DNA of 64,000 nt from an uncultured bacterium (lineage in GTDB: Bacteria > UBP6 > UBA1177): NCBI GenBank assembly GCA_905235605.1, contig CAJOMF010000001.1:6967-70966 (forward strand), read 5' to 3'. Below the pieces are notes generated by a model. That model saw nothing but the letters and a program-made list of their open reading frames with translations. It was not told where the DNA came from and made no database searches. Below, one piece after another: positions 53,949 through 63,999 of the stretch. The number at the start of each line of letters is the position of its first letter. Within the stretch, counting starts at the first letter, position 1. A program made the position numbers and the translations under genes.

Positions 53949-56459
53949 ATGTCGTTCAAAGCTGAGCTTTATTTTACGGCGGAAGCCATCCGGCTCGCGA
54001 GGTATTTTATTTCGCAGAACGACGGAAACGAAATCGTTATGGTCGGCAAAGTCAATGCTGACGGAAAAGTCTGCGATCTCCGCCGTGCAGCAATGGGAGA
54101 TTCGGGCTCTGTTCCTGCGGTTATTGCAACTGCCGCACCTGGTGAGATCCTTATCCACAACCATCCTGGCGGAAATGTAAATCCGAGTGCCGCAGATATC
54201 GAAGTTGCTGCCCGCGCTGCCGAAAAAAGCGTCGGTTCATACATCGTTGACAATGATGTGCTGAATGTTTTTCCTGTCGTTGAAAGGATCGAACCTGAAA
54301 ACACCGAAATCGAGCCGGTCGATCTTGAAGAAGTCACGGAGATCTTCAGCAAAAACGGAAGGCTTGCACAGTCCGACAGCGCGTTTGAGTTCAGACGTCC
54401 ACAGACTGAAATGGCTCTCAGGGTTGCCGAAGCGGTAAACTCTTCATCGGTTTTAGTTTCGGAAGCGGGAACGGGAACTGGAAAAAGTTTCGCATACCTT
54501 GTTCCTGCACTGCTTTACGTCTCGAAAAACAAAGGGAAGAGAGTTGTTGTCAGCACTTCGACGATAGCCTTGCAGGAACAGCTTTTCAACAAGGATATCC
54601 CCTCACTTCTCAAAAAACTTGACATCGGCGATATTGGAACTGTCGTTCTGAAAGGAAGAGGAAACTATCTCTGCAAAAGGCGCTATGCCGCTTTCAGAAT
54701 GGGAAGTATCCAGACAAAAATCGACGAGGCTTCGTCGCAAAGGACTGTTGAAACTGTCGAAGAGATCGACCGCTGGCTCAACTACACTGACGACGGATCG
54801 CGCTCGAACATGAATTCTGCTGTTTCTCTCGATATCTGGAACGAGATATGCGCAGACGAGCTGGCCTGCGAAAAAAGCAAATGCCGTTTTTTCAGTTCAT
54901 GCTTCTTTTTCAAGGCGAGAAGGCGTGCGAATTTTGCCTCGCTGATTTTGGTGAACCACCATCTTTTGATGGCTGATGTCTCGATGAAATCAGCGGAAGA
55001 CGAGGGCGAAGGTATTCTGCCGAAGTTCGATATCCTGGTGATCGACGAGGCTCACAACATTTTTAAAAGTGCTGTCAGTTTTCTGGGTGAATCGGTCTCT
55101 TCAAATTCTCTCAGAAAACTGCTCGGAAAACTTTACAACACCAATTCGGGGCAGGGGCTTCTGACTAAAATCCTCAACAACAATGCGAACTCAGCGCTGC
55201 TTCAGCCGTTTGAAAAGGCGGTGAATATACTTTCGGGAGGTTTCCAGGCAAAACTTGCTCACTCGTTTATTCCGGAACTTATTTCGATTTTAAGCAAAAA
55301 CAGCGACGAAAACCTTTACGAACTTGACGACTCTGAAAAACGGAAGGAAATGACCGATGTTCTGGGAAAAATTGTAACTGTTGTGACAGATGTTACTGAT
55401 TTGATTGCTCCGGTCGTAAAACTTTTGAAGGAAAAGGATGCCGGGCAGACGGAACTTCGCACAGTCATGGACGATATGAACCGCTCGCTTCTTACCGACC
55501 TTGAAGGAGTGGTTGTGAAACTTGCCTCCTACGCCGGATTCTACAGCGAATTCTGCATCGGGACTAACACCGAAAACCAGGTTTTCTGGGGCGAAAAAAA
55601 CGGAGAAGCGCTCACTCTGACGATAAGTCCGCTCGATGTCCAGAGGATCTTGGCGGAAAACCTCTACAAAGATACCAAGAGCATAATTTTCACTTCGGCT
55701 ACTCTCACTACAAGCCGCGACGAGCACGGTTTCGACTTTTTCTACCGCGAAAGCGGTTTATCTATGACCGGCAGGGAAAAGAAATCGATAAGTCTGGAGA
55801 GCTGCTTCGACTATGCTTCTCAGATAAAGGCTTTCATCGGCGGCGATATGCCCGATCCTGCTCGTGACCGCGAGCTTTTCGATTCGGCAAGCATTGAGGC
55901 TGCACACGACATCGTCAAGGCTTCAGGGGGCGGCGCGCTAGTCCTTTTCACTTCGATAAGCCACCGCGAAGCTGCCCTAAAATATTTTTCCGACCTTGAT
56001 TTTGAGGTCTTTTCACAGGGAAAGATGCCTGTTCAGGCGATAATGAAAAAGTTCCGCGAAGACGTGAACGCGACTCTTCTTGCCACCGAGACTTTCTGGG
56101 AAGGGATCGACATGAAGGGCGATACTCTGCGCAATCTGGTGATAATCAAGCTTCCTTTCCGATATCCGAGTCATCCGTTTATCAAGCGTTATGTCGCGTG
56201 TCTCGAACAGGAAACGGGGAAAAGCGGATTCCTAGTCTACACTCTGCCGAATGCCGTGCTCAAATTCAAGCAGGGTTTCGGCAGGCTCATCCGTACTAAA
56301 AACGACATCGGAACTGTTACTGTGCTCGACAAGCGCATCGCCGAAAAGAATTACGGCCGCGATTTTATCAGGTCTGCACCCGCCGGAGTGAAGTTCAACG
56401 TTCTTCCTGTTGCCGAAATTAGGCGTCAGATCGAAGAATTTTTTTGCAGAAACGATTGA
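53949..56459 (+). CDS. dinG: DinG/XPD-family helicase with N-terminal JAB/MPN (RadC-like) domain
   Basis: HNHPGGNVNPSAAD JAMM motif; EAGTGTGKS; KGRGNYLC plus Fe-S Cys; DEAH; FWEGID; QGFGRLIR. Confidence 0.9.
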   Translation: MSFKAELYFTAEAIRLARYFISQNDGNEIVMVGKVNADGKVCDLRRAAMGDSGSVPAVIATAAPGEILIHNHPGGNVNPSAADIEVAARAAEKSVGSYIVDNDVLNVFPVVERIEPENTEIEPVDLEEVTEIFSKNGRLAQSDSAFEFRRPQTEMALRVAEAVNSSSVLVSEAGTGTGKSFAYLVPALLYVSKNKGKRVVVSTSTIALQEQLFNKDIPSLLKKLDIGDIGTVVLKGRGNYLCKRRYAAFRMGSIQTKIDEASSQRTVETVEEIDRWLNYTDDGSRSNMNSAVSLDIWNEICADELACEKSKCRFFSSCFFFKARRRANFASLILVNHHLLMADVSMKSAEDEGEGILPKFDILVIDEAHNIFKSAVSFLGESVSSNSLRKLLGKLYNTNSGQGLLTKILNNNANSALLQPFEKAVNILSGGFQAKLAHSFIPELISILSKNSDENLYELDDSEKRKEMTDVLGKIVTVVTDVTDLIAPVVKLLKEKDAGQTELRTVMDDMNRSLLTDLEGVVVKLASYAGFYSEFCIGTNTENQVFWGEKNGEALTLTISPLDVQRILAENLYKDTKSIIFTSATLTTSRDEHGFDFFYRESGLSMTGREKKSISLESCFDYASQIKAFIGGDMPDPARDRELFDSASIEAAHDIVKASGGGALVLFTSISHREAALKYFSDLDFEVFSQGKMPVQAIMKKFREDVNATLLATETFWEGIDMKGDTLRNLVIIKLPFRYPSHPFIKRYVACLEQETGKSGFLVYTLPNAVLKFKQGFGRLIRTKNDIGTVTVLDKRIAEKNYGRDFIRSAPAGVKFNVLPVAEIRRQIEEFFCRND

Positions 56460-56510
56460 TTGTGCTATGAATGACTGTAATTTGTTATATAATTTTTTAA
56501 GGAGAATTTA

Positions 56511-58235
56511 ATGAGAGTCAGTCAGCTTTTTTTCCAGACATTGAAAGAAGTTCCCAAAGAGGCGCAGATCGAAAGCCATCGTCTGCTTTACCGCGCCGGA
56601 ATGATACAGAAACTTGCGAGCGGCGTTTACAACTACCTTCCGCTTGCACTCAGAAGCATCAGAAAACTTGAAGACATAATCCGCGAAGAGCTCAACAAGC
56701 GCGGCTGTCAGGAAGTCCTCATGCCGTCGGTCCAGCCGGCAGAACTCTGGCAGGAAAGCGGCAGATGGAGCTACTACGGTCCCGAACTTCTCCGCCTGAA
56801 AGACAGAAAAGGGGGTGATTTCTGCCTCGGTCCGACACACGAAGAAGTCATCACCGACATGGTCCGCAGGAACCTCAGAAGCTACAAGCAGCTTCCTTAC
56901 AACCTTTACCAGTTCCAGAGCAAGTTCCGTGACGAAGTCCGTCCGCGCTTCGGCCTGATGAGAGGACGCGAGTTCATAATGAAAGACGGTTATTCGTTTG
57001 ACGTCAGCGAGGAGAAGGCTAAGGAATCCTACAAAAAAATGTATGAGGCTTACAACGCGATTTTTTCGAGAAGCGGCCTTAAATTCAAGCCGGTCGATGC
57101 TGCAACGGGTGCTATCGGCGGCGATATGAGCCACGAATTTCAGGTTTTGGCCGATGCAGGCGAAGACACGATCCTTTCGTGCAGCAAGTGCAGCTATGCG
57201 GCAAACCTTGAGAAAGCGACATCAGTTTACTGCGACAATCAGCTTGATTTTTCTGCTGTTCCGGAAATGAAAGATGTTTCAACTCCAGACCAGAGATCTG
57301 TCGAAGAAGTTGCTGCATTTTTGGGTAAAACCACGAAAGAAATAATGAAATCAATGATTTACATGGTCGATGAAGAGCCTGTCCTCATTCTTGTCAGAGG
57401 CGACAAGGAGATCAACGAAGCGAAAGTTCAGGCTTTCTGCAAAGGAAACGCGGTCGAACTTGCAAGTGATGCCGTCATTGAAGATATTTCGGGCGCTCCG
57501 CACGGATTTATCGGACCGATAAACCTCAGAAAACAGATCAGAATTCTGGCTGACTATTCGATAACGACCATGCCTTCACTTACGGCAGGCGCAAACAAAG
57601 AGGGCTACCACATCGAAAACGTCGTTATGCGCAGAGATTTCACACCGGACGCGGTCGGTGATTTCGTAGTTACGACGGCAGGAGAAAGATGTCCGCACTG
57701 TGACGGCGTGCTCGAAGAGTGCCGCGGCATCGAAGTAGGGCAGGTCTTCTATCTCGGAACGAAATACAGCTCGAAAATGAAATGTGAATTCATTGATGAA
57801 AGCGGTGCTTCAGTTCCGGCAGTCATGGGTTGCTACGGAATAGGTGTCGGCAGAACAGTCCAGGCCGCGATCGAGCAGAACCACGACGAATTCGGCATAA
57901 TCTGGCCGATGGCGCTCGCTCCGTATGAAGCGATCGTCCTTCCGCTCCAGATGAATAAAGAAGAAGTCAAAAACGCGGCGTTCGATTTCTACGAAAAGCT
58001 CAATGCTGCCGGAGTCGAAACGGTGATCGACGACCGAGACGAAAGGGCCGGTTTCAAGTTCAACGACGCCGACCTTGTCGGATATCCGGTCCAGATAATT
58101 TTCGGCGCAAAATCGCTTGAAAAAGGCGTTGTCGAGGTCAAGATCCGCAGAACAAACGAGAAACAGGAGATGAAAATCGAAGACGCAGTTGATTTTGTTG
58201 TCAATTTCAAGAGGGAAGAACTGAAAATCAAATGA
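56511..58235 (+). CDS. proS: Prolyl-tRNA synthetase (with INS editing domain)
   Basis: SHRLLYRAGMI, LGPTHEE, FRDEVRPRFGLMRGREF, MGCYGIGVGR. Confidence 0.97.
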   Translation: MRVSQLFFQTLKEVPKEAQIESHRLLYRAGMIQKLASGVYNYLPLALRSIRKLEDIIREELNKRGCQEVLMPSVQPAELWQESGRWSYYGPELLRLKDRKGGDFCLGPTHEEVITDMVRRNLRSYKQLPYNLYQFQSKFRDEVRPRFGLMRGREFIMKDGYSFDVSEEKAKESYKKMYEAYNAIFSRSGLKFKPVDAATGAIGGDMSHEFQVLADAGEDTILSCSKCSYAANLEKATSVYCDNQLDFSAVPEMKDVSTPDQRSVEEVAAFLGKTTKEIMKSMIYMVDEEPVLILVRGDKEINEAKVQAFCKGNAVELASDAVIEDISGAPHGFIGPINLRKQIRILADYSITTMPSLTAGANKEGYHIENVVMRRDFTPDAVGDFVVTTAGERCPHCDGVLEECRGIEVGQVFYLGTKYSSKMKCEFIDESGASVPAVMGCYGIGVGRTVQAAIEQNHDEFGIIWPMALAPYEAIVLPLQMNKEEVKNAAFDFYEKLNAAGVETVIDDRDERAGFKFNDADLVGYPVQIIFGAKSLEKGVVEVKIRRTNEKQEMKIEDAVDFVVNFKREELKIK

Positions 58236-58810
58236 GAAAACTCTTTTCTCTGATCATTGTTATTTGTTTAACCTGTCCCGTTTTTGCCGAAAAAGTAAAG
58301 TATGATCCCGAAATAAAAGTCGGTGAAAATCTCACCATTCCGCTAAGGAATTACGGCGTTTTTGCACCGGCTTCGTTCTCCCTTTATGCGATCGGGCTTT
58401 ATGTCGAAGGAACAGAAACCGACAACATGAAACTCAAAGATGCCGACCGTCCGATGGCGATCCGTCTCGTTTCGCTTTCAAGCCTGCTTGGAATGAACAG
58501 GCTTATAAAAGAGCTGCGTCGTGGTTTCAGCTACGGAATGGATCATGATAAGGAATTTTTGAAAACGATCCAGACCCGGATCGACACATTTCTCAATATG
58601 CTTGAAAAATGCGGTAAAAAACCTAAAAAATATGCAAAAATAACTTTCCTCTACAATTCAAAGCATGAAACGGAAGTTTATTTTGAATCCACTTTGCTTG
58701 GGAAAATAAAAGGGCACGATTTTAAACGGGCTCTTTTCGGGATATGGTTCAACAACAACTGCGCCGACAAAAAACTTCGCGATGAAGCGATAAAAATAAG
58801 AAAAAAGTGA
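58232..58810 (+). CDS. Chalcone-isomerase-fold exported protein
   Basis: Signal peptide; LRNYG....SLYAIGLY, FKRALFGIWF..N.AD.KLR. Confidence 0.75.
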   Translation: MRKLFSLIIVICLTCPVFAEKVKYDPEIKVGENLTIPLRNYGVFAPASFSLYAIGLYVEGTETDNMKLKDADRPMAIRLVSLSSLLGMNRLIKELRRGFSYGMDHDKEFLKTIQTRIDTFLNMLEKCGKKPKKYAKITFLYNSKHETEVYFESTLLGKIKGHDFKRALFGIWFNNNCADKKLRDEAIKIRKK

Positions 58811-58817
58811 GGCTGTT

Positions 58818-59714
58818 TTGAGTGAAAAACAAAGTTTAACAAAAATTCCGATACTTTCACAGAACACTCTTTCGACATATATCCGCAGTGTCCTTTCTGT
58901 TCCCGATCTGACGCGGGAAGAAGAAGCCGATCTTTTCAGGACGTTCAAGGAGACTCAGAGCAAGGAGGCGGCGCAGAAAATCGTCGTCAGCAACCTTAAA
59001 CTTGTTGTAAATCTTGCGTACAAATTCAGAAATTTCCGAGATGTTCCCGATCTTATCCAGGAGGGAAGTCTCGGGCTTCTCACGGCTCTGCAGAAATTTG
59101 ATCTTGACAAGGGTGTCCGCTTTGCGACTTACGCCACATGGTGGATCCGCGCTAAAATTCAGGAGTTCATCATCAGCCAGATGAGTATCGTCCGCTTCGG
59201 AAAAAGCAGAGACGAGCGCAAACTTTTTTTCAACATGATGGCGACCATCAAAGACATCCAGAGTTACGACAAAGACGGAGAAATATCGAAAGAAGAACTG
59301 ATTCAGGAAGTGGCACGCCGGCTCAACGTCACGCCGGACAAAGTCATAGACGCGCTTCAGGTCGTATCTTCCTACAACGACATTTCGATTGACCAGACGA
59401 TCGAAGGGAGCGATGAAAAACTGATCGAACTCAAGGATAAAAGCGATTTTGATCAGGAAATCGACGACGAAGATATGAAAATCAAACTCCAGAATGCTAT
59501 AAGTACGCTGAACGAAAGAGAAAAATTCGTTATCTGGAACCGTTATCTTGCCGATGAAACCATGACTTTGGAAGAAATCGGCGAGAAATACGGCATTTCA
59601 AAGGAGCGCGTAAGACAGATCGAATCCCGTGCTCTTGCCAAAATAAAAATGTTCACGATGAAAGAGCCGAAACTTCTGCCGCAGGCTTCCAGCGGCATCG
59701 AAGACGCTTTTTAA
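58818..59714 (+). CDS. rpoH: Sigma70-family factor, RpoH/sigma32-like
   Basis: TTG start; LVVNLA, DLIQEG.LGL, RFATYATWWIRAKIQEFI...SIVR, ERKLFF RpoH-box-like, SKERVRQIE. Confidence 0.8.
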   Translation: MSEKQSLTKIPILSQNTLSTYIRSVLSVPDLTREEEADLFRTFKETQSKEAAQKIVVSNLKLVVNLAYKFRNFRDVPDLIQEGSLGLLTALQKFDLDKGVRFATYATWWIRAKIQEFIISQMSIVRFGKSRDERKLFFNMMATIKDIQSYDKDGEISKEELIQEVARRLNVTPDKVIDALQVVSSYNDISIDQTIEGSDEKLIELKDKSDFDQEIDDEDMKIKLQNAISTLNEREKFVIWNRYLADETMTLEEIGEKYGISKERVRQIESRALAKIKMFTMKEPKLLPQASSGIEDAF

Positions 59715-59715
59715 A

Positions 59716-60936
59716 TCATAGTTTCGAGCCGAAAAGCCTTCCTTTTTCGAATGAAAGTTTTACCTTTACGAGTTCACGCGGTTTGAATGAGCCTTTGACG
59801 TTGACTGTCTGATATTTTGAAGAAGTCGAAGCAAAGAGGTTTTCATCGATTTTTTCTTCGATTATGACTTCATCAACTGAGCCGGAAAGCGATTTCTGGA
59901 AAGTCTCTTTTTTTGCATGGAAAATGTCGCGCAGGATCGCGGCACGCTCTTTTTTTACCTGTTTCGGAACGGGATTTTCATGCTCCATTTTCTCAGCCGG
60001 AGTCCCGGGGCGGGCGGAAAACGGAAAAACGTGACCGTAGGCGAATGGAAGCGACTCTATGAACTTTTTTGTTTCTTCAAAATCGGCATCAGTTTCTCCA
60101 GGAAAGCCTGTTATCACGTCGGTGCCGAAAGCGGGAAGAGAATCGTAACATTCAATAACTTTTTCAACAGAGAGCCTGAAAGCGTCGGTTTTATACGGTC
60201 TGCGCATGTCATGCAGGGTTTTGTCGCAGCCGCTCTGCAGCGGTATATGCCAGTGGGGCAGGATCATTCCGTTTTTCGCATATTCGAAAAGTCTTTCGTC
60301 GATTTCGGGTGATTCAAGCGAGCCGAGACGTACTCTTCCGACGGTTTCGAAAGCTGACTTGACGACATCGGCCAGAGTCGTGCCGTCGCTTAAGTCTTTT
60401 CCGTATTTCCCGATGTGGATGCCTGTGAGAACGACTTCCTTGAAGTTTTCGTCTCTGATTTTTTCAAGCAGAGCCCTGATCTCATGCAGCGGAACGCTTT
60501 TGAGCGGACCTCTCAGATACGGGATTATGCAGTATGCGCAGAACTGGTCGCAGCCGGTTTGTATTTTGATGAAAGGGCGGCTACGCGTGAAAAAGGCGTC
60601 GTAGGAAAGCTGTGAGCCCAGCATTTCGGCTACATCTTTTATATCCGGCACGATCTCTGTGTTTTCAAAGCAGTTTTCGTCCTTTATTTTGCGGGCGTAA
60701 CATCCCGTAAGTATGACTCTGCCGCGCTTTGAAAGGCGTCTTACCATGTTTCTCGCCTGACTTTCTGCAGTCGCCGTGACGGCACAGCTGTTGATCACGA
60801 AAATGTCGGCATCTTCGTCGCAGCTGACGATTTCAACATTCCGAAGCGATTTTTTGAGCTGGTCGCTTTCAAACAGGTTGACCTTGCAGCCGAAAGTGTA
60901 GAAGGCAACTTTCAAAGTGCGTTCCGAAGAGTTCAT
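59716..60936 (-). CDS. mtaB: tRNA t6A37 methylthiotransferase
   Basis: TFGCKVN, INSCAVT, GCDQFCAYC, HIPLQSG, GFPGET. Confidence 0.88.
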   Translation of the reverse strand: MNSSERTLKVAFYTFGCKVNLFESDQLKKSLRNVEIVSCDEDADIFVINSCAVTATAESQARNMVRRLSKRGRVILTGCYARKIKDENCFENTEIVPDIKDVAEMLGSQLSYDAFFTRSRPFIKIQTGCDQFCAYCIIPYLRGPLKSVPLHEIRALLEKIRDENFKEVVLTGIHIGKYGKDLSDGTTLADVVKSAFETVGRVRLGSLESPEIDERLFEYAKNGMILPHWHIPLQSGCDKTLHDMRRPYKTDAFRLSVEKVIECYDSLPAFGTDVITGFPGETDADFEETKKFIESLPFAYGHVFPFSARPGTPAEKMEHENPVPKQVKKERAAILRDIFHAKKETFQKSLSGSVDEVIIEEKIDENLFASTSSKYQTVNVKGSFKPRELVKVKLSFEKGRLFGSKL

Positions 60937-60953
60937 TCACTACTCCTGAATAC

Positions 60954-60977
60954 AAAAAAAGGGCACCGAAGTGCCCC
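60954..60977 (-). terminator. Intrinsic terminator after rpsA
   Basis: Minus strand GGGCAC-TTCG-GTGCCC followed by T7. Confidence 0.85.
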
Positions 60978-60998
60978 TTAAAATCATGAAGGAAAAAC

Positions 60999-62672
60999 TT
61001 ATTCAGCTTTTTCTTCAGACTTTTCCTCGGCAGCTTTGAATGCAGCAGCCATCGAACCGAGTTTCTCCGGAACTTTTTCAACGACAGCTTCAGCTTCTTC
61101 GACGATCTTCTGATTTTCTTCGTCGCTTACAGCTTTTACGCTGAGAGAAACCTTTCTGTCGGTATCGGAGATCGATTTGATGATGACTTCGAGTTTGTCG
61201 CCCGGCTGGTATTCTTTGTTGTCTTCGAATTCAGTTTTGTGGACAAGACCTTCGATCGTGTCGAAAACTTTTACGAAAACGCCGAATTCAGCAACTTTTA
61301 CGACTTCGACTTCAATTTTGTCGCCTACGTTGTGCTGATCTTTGAAGATTTTCCAAGGATCTTCGGTAAGCTGTTTGATGCCGAGAGAGAATCTCTGTTT
61401 TTCGGAGTCGATATTGAGAACGACAGCTTCGATCTCGTCGCCTTTCTTGTAGTATTCCGACGGGTGTTTCAGTTTTCTGTCCCATGTAATATCGCTGGTT
61501 CTTACGAGACCGTCGATACCCTCTTCAACACCTACGAAAAGACCGAAATCGGTGATGTTGCGGATCGTTCCCTTTACGATGGTTCCTACAGGATATTTGT
61601 CTTTGAGAAGTTCCCACGGATTCGGCTCGATCTGCTTCATACCGAGAGAAATTCTTCTGTTTTCGACGTCGATTTCAAGGATCTTGACTTCGACTTCGTC
61701 GCCGATAGCAACCATTTTGCCCGGGTGTTTGATCCTTCTCGTCCAGGACATTTCGGAAATGTGGATGAGACCTTCAACGCCTTTTTCGAGCTCAACGAAA
61801 GCGCCGTAATCTTCAAGAGAAACGACAACGCCTTTAACCGTTTTGCCTGCTGCGTATTTTTCGGTAGCGTGGATCCACGGATCGTCGGTGATCTGTTTTA
61901 CGCCGAGGCTGACTCTTTCGGAATCTTTGTCATATTTAAGGACTTTAACGTCAACTTCGTCGCCGATCTTGAACATTTCGGACGGATGATTTACTCTGCC
62001 CCATGACATATCGGTGATGTGAAGAAGACCGTCGATGCCGCCGAGGTCAACGAAAACACCGTAGTAGGTGATGTTCTTGACAAGACCTTTGACGATCGCG
62101 CCTTCCTGAAGTTTTTCGAGAGTCGTGTTTTTGAGAGCTTCTCTTTCTTTCTCAAGAAGATCTCTTCTCGAAATGACGATGTTGCCTTTCTTCTTGTCGA
62201 ATTTGATGACTTTGAAGTCGTAGTTTTTGCCGATGAGGTCATCGACGTTTTTGATGGGTCTCAGGGCAACCTGTGAGTTGGGAAGGAACGCCTTGACACC
62301 GATATCAACAGCAAGACCGCCGTTGACTTTCGCAACGATAGTACCGTTGACGAGTGTGCCGTCCTGGAAAGCTTTTTCAACAACTTCCCATACTTTGAGC
62401 TTGGAAGCCTTCTCTTTGGAAAGAGACATGCCTCTGTCGCCGTCCCAGTTCTCTACAACGACTTCGATCTCGTCGTTGACTTTGAGGTTTGCAAGTTCTT
62501 CCGGCGTGAATTCGCTTGCCGAAATAACTCCGTCGCTCTTCAGACCGACATCAACGATGATGACGTCCTTTCTGATTGCGCGAACGATTCCCTTACTGAT
62601 TTTTTCGCCTGAATTTTCTTCTTTGTTCGGAAGATAACTTTCAAGCAGTTCTGCAAAAGTTTCTTGTGACAT
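60999..62672 (-). CDS. rpsA: 30S ribosomal protein S1
   Basis: Six S1 repeats; DVGLKSDG, AFLPNSQV, DGLLHITDMSWGRVNHP. Confidence 0.97.
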   Translation of the reverse strand: MSQETFAELLESYLPNKEENSGEKISKGIVRAIRKDVIIVDVGLKSDGVISASEFTPEELANLKVNDEIEVVVENWDGDRGMSLSKEKASKLKVWEVVEKAFQDGTLVNGTIVAKVNGGLAVDIGVKAFLPNSQVALRPIKNVDDLIGKNYDFKVIKFDKKKGNIVISRRDLLEKEREALKNTTLEKLQEGAIVKGLVKNITYYGVFVDLGGIDGLLHITDMSWGRVNHPSEMFKIGDEVDVKVLKYDKDSERVSLGVKQITDDPWIHATEKYAAGKTVKGVVVSLEDYGAFVELEKGVEGLIHISEMSWTRRIKHPGKMVAIGDEVEVKILEIDVENRRISLGMKQIEPNPWELLKDKYPVGTIVKGTIRNITDFGLFVGVEEGIDGLVRTSDITWDRKLKHPSEYYKKGDEIEAVVLNIDSEKQRFSLGIKQLTEDPWKIFKDQHNVGDKIEVEVVKVAEFGVFVKVFDTIEGLVHKTEFEDNKEYQPGDKLEVIIKSISDTDRKVSLSVKAVSDEENQKIVEEAEAVVEKVPEKLGSMAAAFKAAEEKSEEKAE

Positions 62673-62730
62673 ACGAAAATACCTCCTTTGTTTTTCGTCA
62701 CCGCCGGTTATCCGGCAAAGTGCGGGCGAA

Positions 62731-62758
62731 ATTATAGGGAAAGAGGACTTCTTGTCAA
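62731..62758 (-). promoter_or_regulatory. Sigma70-like promoter of rpsA (TTGACA-16-TATAAT)
   Basis: Perfect hexamers: TTGACA 62758-62753, TATAAT 62736-62731. Confidence 0.8.
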
Positions 62759-62781
62759 TAATTTTTGTAATAATATAATAA

Positions 62782-63213
62782 CTAGTTTTTTCTTTTTACC
62801 GCATACAGCGCAGCTGACAGGGAAAATCCTCTCGAAACGAGCTTTGTGACTAGTTTTTCTTCTTCGCATTCTCCGAGTTTTGCAAGCGCTTTTTCTGCCG
62901 CGGCGCACTCTTCTTCAAACGGGTAAAACTCGGCTAAATCAAGCGAATAGAGCAGGGCGGAGCACCCTTTTTCGTAAAGTTTCTGCTTTAAATAGTTGAT
63001 CCCTTTGCCTTTTGCGGAAATTTCGGAAATGTATTTTCTGAGAACTTGTGAATCGTCTAAATAGTTGAATCTGTTGAGTTTTTCTATTGCTGCTGCCGCT
63101 TCTTCCGCAGTCGCTCCTTTGGCAATTATTTTCTGCCGCAGCTCTTCTGTGAAGTAGTCTCTTTTTGCAAGAAGTCTGCAAGCGAAATCAAAATATTTAT
63201 TCGATTGATCCAT
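62782..63213 (-). CDS. recX: Regulatory protein RecX
   Basis: A.RLLAKRDYFTEELRQKI, YLDD, KG..YLKQKLYEKG, KLVSRGF; ATG overlaps the upstream TGA. Confidence 0.85.
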   Translation of the reverse strand: MDQSNKYFDFACRLLAKRDYFTEELRQKIIAKGATAEEAAAAIEKLNRFNYLDDSQVLRKYISEISAKGKGINYLKQKLYEKGCSALLYSLDLAEFYPFEEECAAAEKALAKLGECEEEKLVTKLVSRGFSLSAALYAVKRKN

Positions 63214-63776
63214 CAAAGTTTTCCAAGACCAAGTTCAACGGAGGATTCCTTCATTCCTTCGTGAACTATCGTGATGAAGTCTTCGAGAGTGAGCGGAAAG
63301 TTTTCAGTCGCGCTTGCGATCTGTTCTCTGTTTGCACCTGCCGCAAAGCGTTTTTCCTTGAAGCGCTTCATCATGAAACCCATGTCGAGAAAATGGATGT
63401 TTTTAGTCGGTGACATGAGGACGCACGCCGTGATGAAGCCTGTTGTCGGATCGACTGCATAAAGCGCCTTTCCCATAGCAGATGTTGCCGGAATATTGCC
63501 GGAATGCATTACTATCGCATCAAGGATCTCTGTATCGTCAAAACTTTCTTTCCTGAGGATCTCGCCCGTCACAAGGCCGTGTTTCGGGAAGTCATCCTTT
63601 GTTTTTTCATAGTCGAGATCGTGGAGAAGCCCTGACATAGCCCATCTTTCGACATCTTTAACGCCCAGGAATTCAGCCATTTTTCTCATTCCAGCTTCGA
63701 CTGCGATGCTGTGCTTGATGAGATTTTTGTTCGGCAGATGCAGTTCAAGGAGTTTCAGCGCATCGTTTCTATTCAT
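63213..63776 (-). CDS. HDIG-domain phosphohydrolase
   Basis: NLIKHSIAVEA.M, GLLHDLDYE, HG, ALYAVD..TGFI.A, FAAGANRE. Confidence 0.9.
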   Translation of the reverse strand: MNRNDALKLLELHLPNKNLIKHSIAVEAGMRKMAEFLGVKDVERWAMSGLLHDLDYEKTKDDFPKHGLVTGEILRKESFDDTEILDAIVMHSGNIPATSAMGKALYAVDPTTGFITACVLMSPTKNIHFLDMGFMMKRFKEKRFAAGANREQIASATENFPLTLEDFITIVHEGMKESSVELGLGKL

Positions 63777-63999
63777 CGTCATCCTCTTTGTTGAACGGTA
63801 AAGATTCTTTTGCTGCCTGGGATGCAGGAGCTATTCTGACATTTTTCCTCGATTTTTTCTGTTCTTCGGTTTCAAGCCTAGAAAGGCACTCCTTGCAGAT
63901 GATCTTTCCGTTTTCCTTTTTCGGAGCATAGAAAGCGTGCCTGAACTCGTGGCAGAATTCGCAGATGAAGTCAAACATATATTTTTCGTTTTTCGGGTC
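63769..63999 (-). CDS. C-terminal part of a protein with a CxxC-x18-CxxC zinc-ribbon (CxxC-x17-CxxC-like); probably 5'-truncated
   Basis: Frame open to the window end; MFDFICEFC...CKECL. Confidence 0.55.
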   Translation of the reverse strand, partial: DPKNEKYMFDFICEFCHEFRHAFYAPKKENGKIICKECLSRLETEEQKKSRKNVRIAPASQAAKESLPFNKEDDDE

